Source: Symbiobacterium thermophilum | GTDB taxonomy: Bacteria; Bacillota; Sulfobacillia; UBA995 | Assembly (NCBI GenBank): GCA_020725145.1 | Contig: DYFO01000004.1 | Location: forward strand, 2,042 to 66,041 | Reading direction: 5' to 3' | Length of the DNA stretch: 64,000 nt | Part shown: one piece after another, positions 55,626 through 64,000 of the stretch | Layout of the letters: every line of letters starts with the position of its first letter | Numbering within the stretch: the stretch's first letter is position 1 | Program-made: the position numbers and the translations under genes | The notes under the pieces: generated by a model | Seen by the model: only the letters and a program-made list of their open reading frames with translations | Databases searched by the model: none | What the model was told of the DNA's origin: nothing

Positions 55626-56316
55626 CGGGCTTGCCCCCTTCGTCCGACTGGCCACCGGCGGTGTCGCTCCCGCTCCCAAAGGGCATGGTCAGATACCGCC
55701 GTATTATGAACACCGGAGGCGGAAGCGAGACCGCCTCGGCCGCAAGCTCTTCCTTGAGGGCGAGGAAGGCCACCGGAAGCCCCAGCATTCGGGCGGCCTT
55801 ACGGACAATCCGGTCACCCTGTCGCACCACCTCGAGCGTGGTGAGCTCGCCCAGGTGGGTATTGCTGACCAGACCGGTGGCGCGGACCCGCGCGGCCGCC
55901 TCGAGCTCCCCCACCGCCCGCAAGATTCCGGCGGTGTCGGTGGTGAAAGGTCGGCGGGCATTGGCGACCACCAGCGCCTCATACTTTCCCGGTACGAAGT
56001 ACTGGTGCCACGCACCCAGCACCCGGGCGCCTCGTGGCTCGCCTCCCAGGTCGACCACCACTCGATCTCGCCAGGCTTGTAGGGCCGCGTGGATCTCGGG
56101 GGGAAGTGCCGGCAAGTCGGCCATCGAGGTAGGGCCCTGGGGAGCTACCACCTTCACTCCTGCCTCGTCCAGTACCCAACCGAGGTCGCGGCTGCGAAAG
56201 AAGGGTGTAACCGTATCCAGGTCCACCAGCCACGGCCTGGCCCCGGCGCGAGCCAGGGCCAGGGCGTAGTTTATGGCGACCTCGGTCTTACCGCTGCCGA
56301 ACCTGCCCAGGAACAC
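55603..56316 (-). CDS. P-loop ATPase of the type found upstream of vor operons
   Basis: GRFGSGKTE, DLDTV.PFFRSRD, ADLPALP, DLGG, NTHL; true start probably slightly upstream. Confidence 0.8.
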   Translation of the reverse strand: MFLGRFGSGKTEVAINYALALARAGARPWLVDLDTVTPFFRSRDLGWVLDEAGVKVVAPQGPTSMADLPALPPEIHAALQAWRDRVVVDLGGEPRGARVLGAWHQYFVPGKYEALVVANARRPFTTDTAGILRAVGELEAAARVRATGLVSNTHLGELTTLEVVRQGDRIVRKAARMLGLPVAFLALKEELAAEAVSLPPPVFIIRRYLTMPFGSGSDTAGGQSDEGGKPDGQTGGL

Positions 56317-56364
56317 GGTTATGCGGGGCGCATCTAACCGCGTTGGCCTTTCCCCCCGAACTTA

Positions 56365-57435
56365 CTAGCCCGGCAGGTACATCTGGTGGAGTTGCGCGAT
56401 GCGCGCGATGCGCTCTTCCGCCAGCCGGTCTGCGGCCCGATAGGTCGGTATCCCATCGCGCCGGGCGATGGCCAGCACCCGCCGAACGTTGTCGTAGATG
56501 GTGGCAGCCTTCCTCATGGCCCGATCCCGGTTGTACTTGCCCAGCATCTCGTCGGCCACGTTGATGACGCCACCGGCGTTGATTATGTAATCCGGCACGT
56601 ACAGTATACCACGGCGTTCAAGCTCATCGCCATCGGCTTCCGTCGCCAGCTGGTTGTTTGCACCTCCGGCCACCACGCGACACTTGAGCTCGGGAATGCT
56701 CCGAGCGTTCAGCACCGCGCCGAGCGCGTTGGGCGAGAAGATGTCGCAGGGCGCCGCGTGAATGTGTTGCGGGTCGACCACCTCGGCGCCGAACTCGCGG
56801 GCCGCCCGTTCTGCCCGGCCCGCGTCGACGTCGGCCACCAACAGCCGGGCACCCTCCTCGGCCAGGTGTCTTGCGAGCGCGTAGCCGACGTTGCCCACTC
56901 CCTGAACCGCCACCGTGCGCCCCTTCAGCGACTCCTCACCGAAGGCCTGGCCGGCGGCGGCTTTCATCCCTCGCCACACCCCGAAGGCGGTCACCGGAGA
57001 GGGGTCGCCGCTGGAGTCGGCGGTCGACAGGCCCAGCACGTATTCGGTCTCGGTGCGGATCACGTCCATGTCCTCAACCGACGTGCCGGAATCCTCAGCC
57101 GTGTAGTACCTGCCGCCCAGCGTTTGAACGAACCTCCCGAAAGCCCGCAGCATTTCCTCGCTCTTGTCCCGCCGTGGATCACCGATGATGACCGACTTGC
57201 CACCTCCCAGGCTCAGCCCGGCAGCAGCGTTCTTGTAGGTCATCCCGCGTGCGAGGCGCAGGACGTCCAAGATCGCATCGTCTTCTTTTTCATACGGGTA
57301 CATGCGGCAGCCGCCAAGGGCGGGACCCAGCGTGGTGTTGTGAAGGGCGATCAGCGCCCTCAGGCCGGACACCCGGTCGTGGCAGAAGATCAGCTGTTCA
57401 AACCCGTACTTGCCCATGTAGGCCAGAATATCCAA
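56365..57435 (-). CDS. bcd: Leucine (branched-chain amino acid) dehydrogenase
   Basis: [48 protein letters not shown]. Confidence 0.88.
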   Translation of the reverse strand: MDILAYMGKYGFEQLIFCHDRVSGLRALIALHNTTLGPALGGCRMYPYEKEDDAILDVLRLARGMTYKNAAAGLSLGGGKSVIIGDPRRDKSEEMLRAFGRFVQTLGGRYYTAEDSGTSVEDMDVIRTETEYVLGLSTADSSGDPSPVTAFGVWRGMKAAAGQAFGEESLKGRTVAVQGVGNVGYALARHLAEEGARLLVADVDAGRAERAAREFGAEVVDPQHIHAAPCDIFSPNALGAVLNARSIPELKCRVVAGGANNQLATEADGDELERRGILYVPDYIINAGGVINVADEMLGKYNRDRAMRKAATIYDNVRRVLAIARRDGIPTYRAADRLAEERIARIAQLHQMYLPG

Positions 57436-57480
57436 GCCCGTTCAGCCTCCTGCTCGGGTATTCCGGGATGCCAATCCCGG

Positions 57481-58563
57481 TCAGCGTTCCGCCGGGTGCG
57501 GAACGTGGATGCGCGCCAGCCCCGCCATGGCTTCCAGGCGCCGCCTGACCATCAGGTCGGCCGCCCGGTGGGTGGGAATACCCTTTTCCTTGGAGATGGC
57601 GAAGATCTCCTTCAGACGTTGGTAGATGGCGGCGGTGCGGGCCATGGCACGCTCCCGATCGAATTGCGGGAACTCCTCTGAAACCTGGATCAGGCCTCCG
57701 GCGTTGATGACGTAATCGGGAGCGTACAGAATTCCCAGCTCATGCAGGCGATCGCCGTGCCGGTCCTTCTCAAGCTGGTTATTGGCTGCCCCGCCGATTG
57801 CCTTGCAGCGCAACCTGGGGATGGTACGGTCGTTCAGCACGCCCCCCAAAGCGCACGGAGCGAAAAGGTCGCAGGGCACGTCGTAGATCTCGTCCGGCCC
57901 ACAGCGCTCGACGGGATGCTGCGCGGCCACTTCCTCGACGCGTTCTGGAGCGACGTCGGTCACGATCACCCGTGCCCCTTCCTGGCACAGGTAGGCGACC
58001 AGCTTGGCCCCTACCTTGCCCAGGCCCTGCACGGCGACGCTCCTCCCCTTGAGCGACGCGTCACCGGTTACTTCCTCGATGCACGCCTTGATGCCTTTCC
58101 AGCACCCAAAGGCGGTGGTGATGGAGGAATCGCCGCTGCCGCCGTATTCCTCCGGAAGCGCCACCAGGTAACCGGTCTCCTCGCGCGCCCACACGAAATC
58201 GTATGCCCCCGTGCCCACGTCGGTACCGGTCACGAACCTCCCGCCCAATGCCTCCACGTGCATACCCAGGGCGCGGAACAGCTCCTCGGACTTGTCGGTA
58301 TCGGGGTCGGCCCATAGCACCGCCTTGCCTCCCCCGAAATTGCTCCCCGCGGCTGCACACTTGTAGGTCATGCCCTCGGAGAGCCGGAGGACGTCCTCCA
58401 CGGCGTCCTCCTCCTTGGCGTACGGGTACATCCTCGTACCACCGATCGCCGGCCCCAGCGTCGTGTCGTGGATGCCGATGATTGCCCGCAACCCCGCCGA
58501 CGCACTGCAACAAAAAATAAGCTGTTCGTGGCCGGTTTTCGCCATGCGATCGAAAAGGCCCAC
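57481..58563 (-). CDS. Glu/Leu/Phe/Val dehydrogenase, phenylalanine dehydrogenase-like
   Basis: GMTYKCAAA..FGGGK, GRFVTGTDVGT, PEEYGGSGDSS, GGLIQV resemble Bacillus-type PheDH; GTG start after GGGAGGG. Confidence 0.8.
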   Translation of the reverse strand: MGLFDRMAKTGHEQLIFCCSASAGLRAIIGIHDTTLGPAIGGTRMYPYAKEEDAVEDVLRLSEGMTYKCAAAGSNFGGGKAVLWADPDTDKSEELFRALGMHVEALGGRFVTGTDVGTGAYDFVWAREETGYLVALPEEYGGSGDSSITTAFGCWKGIKACIEEVTGDASLKGRSVAVQGLGKVGAKLVAYLCQEGARVIVTDVAPERVEEVAAQHPVERCGPDEIYDVPCDLFAPCALGGVLNDRTIPRLRCKAIGGAANNQLEKDRHGDRLHELGILYAPDYVINAGGLIQVSEEFPQFDRERAMARTAAIYQRLKEIFAISKEKGIPTHRAADLMVRRRLEAMAGLARIHVPHPAER

Positions 58564-58630
58564 TGACAGCCCTCCCGGGTAGAGGTGCCGCGTGGCGGCT
58601 GCCCCTTCCAGTGGTGTTTTTTGCGGTGAC

Positions 58631-59482
58631 CTATTCGTCGGGAGGCGACGAATTCCTTTCCACCCCCACGGAACCGGCCTTCCAAAGCCCTCGGACCGCG
58701 CGCCATGCGCGATCCCCGAGACGGCTGAGGGAGGTGAACTCGGCCAAGCCGTGCACCAAGACCAGCAGCCCCAGCATTGCCGCACGTCCGACAAGGTCGA
58801 GGGACCTTGCCGCGAACAGGCCCGCGGCAGCGCCCAGTGCATTTGCCCCGGTGTCGCCCAACATCGCCTCCGCTCTCAGGTCCCACCGCGCCACCATCAC
58901 CGAAACCACCAGCAGGGGCGCAAAGGTCCACATCTCGGGCCCGTTCGTCCCGACCAGTGCCGACACCGCCACGGTGAACCAGAAGAACTTGAGGGCCCGT
59001 CCCGGACGGACGTCGAAGAGGTTGACCGCGTTGGCACCCAGTGCCACCAAGCCCACGTCAAATACCGCCGCCCATCCACGATCGGCGGAGGTCAGCGTGA
59101 GGGCGACCATTGCTCCCCCCACCGCCTTGAGCCCTCCGGAGGTGAGTGTTCTCCCGCGCACAAGCGCCCGAGCGTGTGCGCGCAGTCCTCCGTGTTCGCC
59201 TTCTCCCAAGACGTCGTCGGCCAGTCCCAACAGCCCCATGCCCCCAACTACAGCCAAGTAGGGCAGCTGCGCCTGACCTCCCCCGGCCAACGCCCGGACC
59301 GCCGCCCCCGCGAGATAGCTGGCGAACACCACCAGTCCAAGAGAACGCGGGCTCGAACGGCCCGAGTAGTTGGTTGAAGCCAGACCTTTGGTGCTCGCGA
59401 GCCGTGTCAGCGGGTCGACAAGCCACGCGGCGGCCGCGGCGGCCACCACGACGGCTACAAGTGAGGCTGCCGCCTCCCTCAC
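58631..59482 (-). CDS. MraY/glycosyl transferase family 4-like membrane protein
   Basis: NY.G, GLADD, NAVNLFDVRPGRALK, MLGDTGANALG. Confidence 0.8.
   Translation of the reverse strand: MREAAASLVAVVVAAAAAAWLVDPLTRLASTKGLASTNYSGRSSPRSLGLVVFASYLAGAAVRALAGGGQAQLPYLAVVGGMGLLGLADDVLGEGEHGGLRAHARALVRGRTLTSGGLKAVGGAMVALTLTSADRGWAAVFDVGLVALGANAVNLFDVRPGRALKFFWFTVAVSALVGTNGPEMWTFAPLLVVSVMVARWDLRAEAMLGDTGANALGAAAGLFAARSLDLVGRAAMLGLLVLVHGLAEFTSLSRLGDRAWRAVRGLWKAGSVGVERNSSPPDE
58633..58659 (-). promoter_or_regulatory. Near-consensus sigma-H promoter of the amino-acid oxidation operon, embedded in a palindrome
   Basis: AAAGGAATT-N11-GACGAAT; ATTCGTCG-N5-CGACGAAT inverted repeat. Confidence 0.6.
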
Positions 59483-60156
59483 CGCCACCACCCTGTCAGG
59501 AGCACAACGAGCACGTCGCGAAGCTGCCGCAAACGGTGTAGCATGCCGCCGAGGTCGCGGCCGCTCGGACGGTGACGGATGTCGGTGGGGATCTCCCGGA
59601 TGGTAAACCCGCGGCGCAGGGCGCCGAGCGACATGGCCACCTCCACACCGAAGCCCGGTGCCAGCGGAAGCAGTGCTTCCAGGGCACGACGACTGACGGC
59701 CCGCTGTCCCGAAAGCGGCGCCACCAGGACGCGTCGGCCCAGCAACCGCACCCCCCAGTGGGCGATCGCCTTCACAAGGCCGAACCCGGGAGCGCGTGGG
59801 GGAGAAGGGATGATGGCCACCGCCAGGTCGGCTTCCCGCGCCAGCAGGGGGGCCAGCAGCCCACCGGTCTTTGCCGCCTCCCGACCCAGATCCGCATCGA
59901 CCAGCAGCAGCACGTCACCTCGCGTGAGGGTAAGTCCGGCCTCGATGGCGCCGCCCTTGCCGACATTTCGCTCCAGTCTGAGCACCTTCGCCCCGGCCCT
60001 CCGGGCTTCGTGTGCCGTGCCGTCTACCGAGCCGTCGTCGACCACCACCACCTCCGACACTTCCGGCATCCCAAGCAGCGCACGCACCGTCTCGCCCACC
60101 TGTAGTTCCTCGTTGTGGGCAGGCACCAGCGCGCTGACCGGTCTCGGGCCGTTCAT
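59479..60156 (-). CDS. Glycosyltransferase family 2
   Basis: LVPAHNEE, VVDDGS.DGT, N.GKG, DAD, PLSGQR, GFGVEV. Confidence 0.9.
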   Translation of the reverse strand: MNGPRPVSALVPAHNEELQVGETVRALLGMPEVSEVVVVDDGSVDGTAHEARRAGAKVLRLERNVGKGGAIEAGLTLTRGDVLLLVDADLGREAAKTGGLLAPLLAREADLAVAIIPSPPRAPGFGLVKAIAHWGVRLLGRRVLVAPLSGQRAVSRRALEALLPLAPGFGVEVAMSLGALRRGFTIREIPTDIRHRPSGRDLGGMLHRLRQLRDVLVVLLTGWWR

Positions 60157-60986
60157 GACCCCTTGCCGCCTGCGCCATGGTGGTCGAGGAGCGGATCTGC
60201 TTCGCCTGCCAGCAGGTAGACGAGGCTTACCATCCCCGTGGGGTCGCCGAGCCTTCGCGTGCAGGGGATGTTCTCAAGGCACGGATCGGCGTCGCCGCCG
60301 GCTGCGGCCCACACCACATGCAAGCCCGCCTCCCGCAGGCGTGTGGCCAGTGGCAGATCGAGATCGGTGGAAGTTGTTCGCGCGCCCGACCCCGTTCCCC
60401 CCAGCACCAGCACCGCCGTAGGACGGACGGAGCGTCCGCCGGCCAGGCGCATCAAGCCGGCCTGTGCAAGATGCTCGAGCAAGCCGAACTGCTCGGGCAC
60501 CGAAAGTGCCTCCGCGATCGCGTCGGCCAGGGTGGCCGGCGGGCGGTCGGAGGAGGCCAGCGCTTCGGCCACCCGGCGCGCCAGCACCTCGGGTTCGAGA
60601 TCGACGCTGACGCAGATGAACGCTACCAATTCGGCACCGGCAGCCTCCAGCACCCCTGTCAGTTCGCCGGGCGGGTCGGCGGCGGCGGTGCATACGATCG
60701 CCACCCGCTGTCCGCGCAGCCGACCCGCCACCGCCGCCGGGATCACCGCGGCCAGCGCCCTGCGCGCATCCTCCAGCTCCGCGCGCAGTGTCTCGGCCTC
60801 CACGCGTTGGCGGCGGCTCTCGGACCGCAACCTCTCGAACTCGGCCTCAAGGTGGGCGACGAGTGCGTCGTGCCGACCTGCCAGTCCCCCCTCGCCCATC
60901 ACCGCCCCGCCCGCCAGCATGCCGAGGCCCAGCGCCAAGAAGACGGCCACGAGGGTTATCACCAGATAGCGCATGTCAAGGCCCAC
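60153..60986 (-). CDS. SteB / MctB (DUF3186) family protein
   Basis: RYLVITLVAVFLALGLG.L.G, coiled coil, L.G.RVA, D.PTG.VSLV; follows steA. Confidence 0.8.
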   Translation of the reverse strand: MGLDMRYLVITLVAVFLALGLGMLAGGAVMGEGGLAGRHDALVAHLEAEFERLRSESRRQRVEAETLRAELEDARRALAAVIPAAVAGRLRGQRVAIVCTAAADPPGELTGVLEAAGAELVAFICVSVDLEPEVLARRVAEALASSDRPPATLADAIAEALSVPEQFGLLEHLAQAGLMRLAGGRSVRPTAVLVLGGTGSGARTTSTDLDLPLATRLREAGLHVVWAAAGGDADPCLENIPCTRRLGDPTGMVSLVYLLAGEADPLLDHHGAGGKGS

Positions 60987-61000
60987 TTGGGTGTGACCTC

Positions 61001-62134
61001 TCAGACCCCCATCCGCAGTCTCAGTTCGAGCAGGAGCAGCCGGAGGTAGGCTCGCGCGCTTGCCGAAAGACTCGTCAGCACGGCGATCGGCACCATTGCC
61101 GCCAGCAGAAGATGCGCCACGTACACCGGACGCAGCCTGCGCGGGTACAGCTGACTTACCCCCCGCGCGTCCACCAGGATGGGACCCACGCGCGAACGCA
61201 CCAGGAAGGTGCTGGCCATGCCGGGTCGTCCCTTCTCCAGGAAGTCGATGATGTTGGAATGTGTGCCCACGGCCACGATGAGGGAAGCTCCGTGTTCGTA
61301 GGCCAGGAGCAGCGCGATGTCCTCACTGGTGCCCGGAGCGGCGAAGATCGCGGCATCCAGTCCGAGGGCTCGTATGCGGTCAAGGCCCGGTGCCCTTCCG
61401 TTGGAGTAGGCATGCACGATCAGCTCGGCTCCCGATCTGAGCGCCGCGTCGCTGACGCTGTCCATGTCGCCCACGATGAGGTCGGGCCGGTAACCCGCCT
61501 CCAGCAACGCGTCTGCGCCGCCGTCCACCCCCATCAGGACGGGACGCAGGTCGTCCACGTACGGGCGAATGGCCGCCAGATCTTCACGGTAGCCCCGTCC
61601 CCTGACGACCACCAGCACATGCTTTCCGTGCATCCTGGTGCGGCAACGGGGAATCGCCAATCCGCCCAACACCAGCTCTTTCTCGCGTAGTGCGTGGCGC
61701 ATGGTGTTCTCGATAAAGCGTTCCAGCTCGCGCTCAAGGTTCGACCGGGCTGCGTGGAGGCTCGACTCCAGTTGCCTGCGGGTTAGAAGACGCCCGTAGG
61801 CTACCGGCCTTCCCGCCGACAACACGGTCTCATCCCTGATCTCCACGCGGCGGCCGTCAAGGGTGGCGCCGTCAAGCGGCTGCCCGTCGGACGCCCGCAG
61901 ATCATCGAGAACCACGACCCCTGCGTCCAGCAGGACCTGCGGGCCGAGGTTGGGGTACCGGCCGGTCACGCAGGGGGAAAGGTTGAGGACCGCCCGGACC
62001 CCCGAACGCACCAGCGATCGTGCCGCAAGCTCGTCAAGGTCTGGATGGTCGATGACGGCTATGTAGCCGGCCCGCAACCGCCGGACGAGGTCTTTCGTCC
62101 GCGGATCGTGACGGGCGACTCCCCGTACGGTCAT
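61001..62134 (-). CDS. steA: SteA family putative cytokinetic ring protein
   Basis: RTKDLV.RL..G.IAVIDH.DLD, GRYPN.GP, VVRG..YREDL, GVDGGADAL, GDMDSVSD, STFL.R.RVG..LVDA.GVS.LY. Confidence 0.9.
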   Translation of the reverse strand: MTVRGVARHDPRTKDLVRRLRAGYIAVIDHPDLDELAARSLVRSGVRAVLNLSPCVTGRYPNLGPQVLLDAGVVVLDDLRASDGQPLDGATLDGRRVEIRDETVLSAGRPVAYGRLLTRRQLESSLHAARSNLERELERFIENTMRHALREKELVLGGLAIPRCRTRMHGKHVLVVVRGRGYREDLAAIRPYVDDLRPVLMGVDGGADALLEAGYRPDLIVGDMDSVSDAALRSGAELIVHAYSNGRAPGLDRIRALGLDAAIFAAPGTSEDIALLLAYEHGASLIVAVGTHSNIIDFLEKGRPGMASTFLVRSRVGPILVDARGVSQLYPRRLRPVYVAHLLLAAMVPIAVLTSLSASARAYLRLLLLELRLRMGV

Positions 62135-62153
62135 GGCCAGGGTCCCCGGCATC

Positions 62154-62183
62154 TATTATCCGCAGCGGCGACCCAGGCCAAAC
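62154..62183 (-). promoter_or_regulatory. Putative sigma-F/G promoter of steA cluster
   Basis: GTTTG-N15-GCGGATAATA. Confidence 0.4.
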
Positions 62184-62212
62184 CGCCGAGGGACGAGAAG
62201 AACCGGCAAGCG

Positions 62213-62986
62213 TCAGCTTGCCTTCAGCTCAATCCGGAGCTTGTCCGCGACCATGGCGATGAATTCGGAATTGGTCGGCTTGCCGCGTTCGAGGTTGACC
62301 GTGTAACCGAAGAGGTTGTTGATCACTTCTAGATTGCCGCGGCTCCAGGCCACCTCGATGGCGTGGCGGATGGCCCTTTCCACACGGCTGGGCGTGGTCT
62401 TGAACTTCATGGCGATCGAAGGATAAAGCTCCTTGGTGATCGCCCCCAGGAGGTCAATGCGTTCGATGACCATCAGGATGGCCTCGCGCAGATACATGTA
62501 ACCCTTGATGTGGGCGGGGACTCCGATCTCATGGATGATGCTGGTAACCTCCATGTCCATGCTCTTGGCGCGAACCTGCCTGACGCCGGAACGCGGAGCG
62601 CTGTTTGCCAGCTGTCTGACGCGGTTGGCCAGCACTTCCAGGCTGAAGGGCTTGAGGATGTAGTAATCCGCTCCCAGCTCAACCATTCGCTGCGTGATGC
62701 TCTCCTGACCGATAGCGGTGAGGACGATCACCTTCGGGCGTTGTGGAAGGTTCAGCGATACGAGCCGCTCGAGCACGCCGATGCCGTCGAGATGAGGCAT
62801 GATGATATCGAGGATGATGACGTTGGGTAGCTTGCGGTCCAGCTGCTCGAGTACTTCGGTGCCGTTGTGCGCCACTCCCACCAGTTCCATATCCTGCTGT
62901 CCCTCGATGTAGGTCCGCAGAACCTCACAGAACTCGCGGTTGTCGTCGGCGACCATCACCCTGATAGGTGTACCGGATTCTGCCAC
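62213..62986 (-). CDS. spo0A: Sporulation master regulator Spo0A
   Basis: [70 protein letters not shown]. Confidence 0.98.
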   Translation of the reverse strand: MAESGTPIRVMVADDNREFCEVLRTYIEGQQDMELVGVAHNGTEVLEQLDRKLPNVIILDIIMPHLDGIGVLERLVSLNLPQRPKVIVLTAIGQESITQRMVELGADYYILKPFSLEVLANRVRQLANSAPRSGVRQVRAKSMDMEVTSIIHEIGVPAHIKGYMYLREAILMVIERIDLLGAITKELYPSIAMKFKTTPSRVERAIRHAIEVAWSRGNLEVINNLFGYTVNLERGKPTNSEFIAMVADKLRIELKAS

Positions 62987-63026
62987 GGGCGCCAGACCCT
63001 CCCCTCTGGGACGAAGTGGGGGTGGG

Positions 63027-63054
63027 CTTCTACGGTCCGCTGCCATATTCCTCC
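63027..63054 (-). promoter_or_regulatory. sigma-H (Ps-type) promoter of spo0A
   Basis: AGGAATAT-N11-GTAGAAG (AGGA-N18-GAAG). Confidence 0.55.
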
Positions 63055-63084
63055 TGCGGGCCGGGGGCAAGCCGGCTTCCCCGA

Positions 63085-64000
63085 TCAACGGCTTTTGACC
63101 ATCTGCGACAAGGCAACCCGGGCTTCCCTGAGCAGCGTAATGCCCCTCTGGCCGGTGGAGGCACCGCGTCCTACCAGCCCCGACTCCTTGGCCATCCATT
63201 CGGCGAATACCGCGTAACCTCGGGTGGGGTCGGTTATGAACACGTGCGTGACCGCTCCCACCAGTTTTCCTTGCTGGATTATGGGGCTTCCGCTCATACC
63301 CTGCACGATGCCGCCGGTCCGTCCCAGCAGTCTTCGATCGGTCACTCGAACGGTCATCCCTCTGGGGGTCGGTTGCTGCTGCCGTAAGTCGACCCGTGTG
63401 ATCTCTATCTCGAAGCTCTCGACCAGGTTACCCTCGACGACGGTGAGCAACTCGGCCGGCCCTCGCCGCACCTGGTGTGCCAGGCCTAAAGGGACAGGGG
63501 TATCATAGACCCCTGCGGGAAGCGGGCCCACAAGCCGCCCCACTATGCCAAAGGGTGTGTTGCGTTCGATAACGCCGAGCGTCGACCCGGAGTCAGGGCG
63601 CAGCTGACCCACCTTTTCGCCCGGATACCCCCGCCTGCCCTGCCGGATGCGCGCCACCACGGCATCCACGATCGTTCCGTCGCGGATGTCCACCGGGCGG
63701 TTGGTGTCGAGGTCGGTGACCACGTGCCCCAGCGCCGCGAATACGTTCGTCTGCGGGTGGTAGAAAGTAAGGGTGCCGACCCCGGCGGTTCCATCCCTGA
63801 CGACGAGTCCGAGTCGATGCATACCGCTATGGCGCTCGGGAGCTGGCATCACTTCCAGGCTTACCGCACGGCCGTTGCGCCTGATCCCCAGCAACACGGG
63901 GCTACCGCGCTTTCCTGCCCGGTCGACCAGTTCGGCCAGCTCGTCCTCACACAACACCGGCTGTCCGTCGACTGCCACGATGAGGTCCCCGGGCAAAACG
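63085..64000 (-). CDS. spoIVB: SpoIVB serine peptidase (5' end outside window)
   Basis: [44 protein letters not shown]; upstream of spo0A. Confidence 0.95.
   Translation of the reverse strand, partial: VLPGDLIVAVDGQPVLCEDELAELVDRAGKRGSPVLLGIRRNGRAVSLEVMPAPERHSGMHRLGLVVRDGTAGVGTLTFYHPQTNVFAALGHVVTDLDTNRPVDIRDGTIVDAVVARIRQGRRGYPGEKVGQLRPDSGSTLGVIERNTPFGIVGRLVGPLPAGVYDTPVPLGLAHQVRRGPAELLTVVEGNLVESFEIEITRVDLRQQQPTPRGMTVRVTDRRLLGRTGGIVQGMSGSPIIQQGKLVGAVTHVFITDPTRGYAVFAEWMAKESGLVGRGASTGQRGITLLREARVALSQMVKSR
63094..63110 (-). promoter_or_regulatory. Candidate tandem Spo0A boxes
   Basis: TGTCGCA-gat-GGTCAAA, two imperfect TGNCGAA boxes at 10-bp period upstream of the sigma-H promoter. Confidence 0.35.

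Overview
A 64-kb core-chromosome segment from a very GC-rich (roughly two-thirds G+C by eye), probably anaerobic, endospore-forming Bacillota. Almost all genes are on the minus strand. Read in the direction of transcription: spoIVB (partial), spo0A, a steA-steB-GT2-MraY-like cluster, tandem Phe and Leu dehydrogenases with a 2-oxoacid:ferredoxin oxidoreductase operon, DUF3866-nudF-EndoQ-spoIIM-ald, xerD-deoB-punA-pdp, dacF-spoIIAA-spoIIAB-sigF, dodecin-spoVAC/AD/AEb/AEa/AF, site-2 protease-scpA-scpB, ytfI-ytfJ-Ku-split LigD, RidA-rluB-pncA-pncB-aminotransferase, a cobalamin riboswitch with btuFCD running into cmk-plsC-ispH/rpsA-topB, DUF1614-spoIIP-YIEGIA, DUF512-der-plsY-gpsA, spoIVA and HU. 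I saw no tRNA, rRNA, transposase, prophage or CRISPR-Cas. Several sigma-H, sigma-F/G, sigma-E and sigma-A promoters can be read directly. The most unusual element is a gap of about 500 bp (29005-29487) between the NHEJ genes and ridA. It holds an ~82-nt-periodic array of 36-nt stem-loops with GNRA/UNCG tetraloops, compensatory base changes and plus-strand G-U pairs, and is a candidate undescribed structured ncRNA. All family calls come from motif recognition by eye; no database searches were run.
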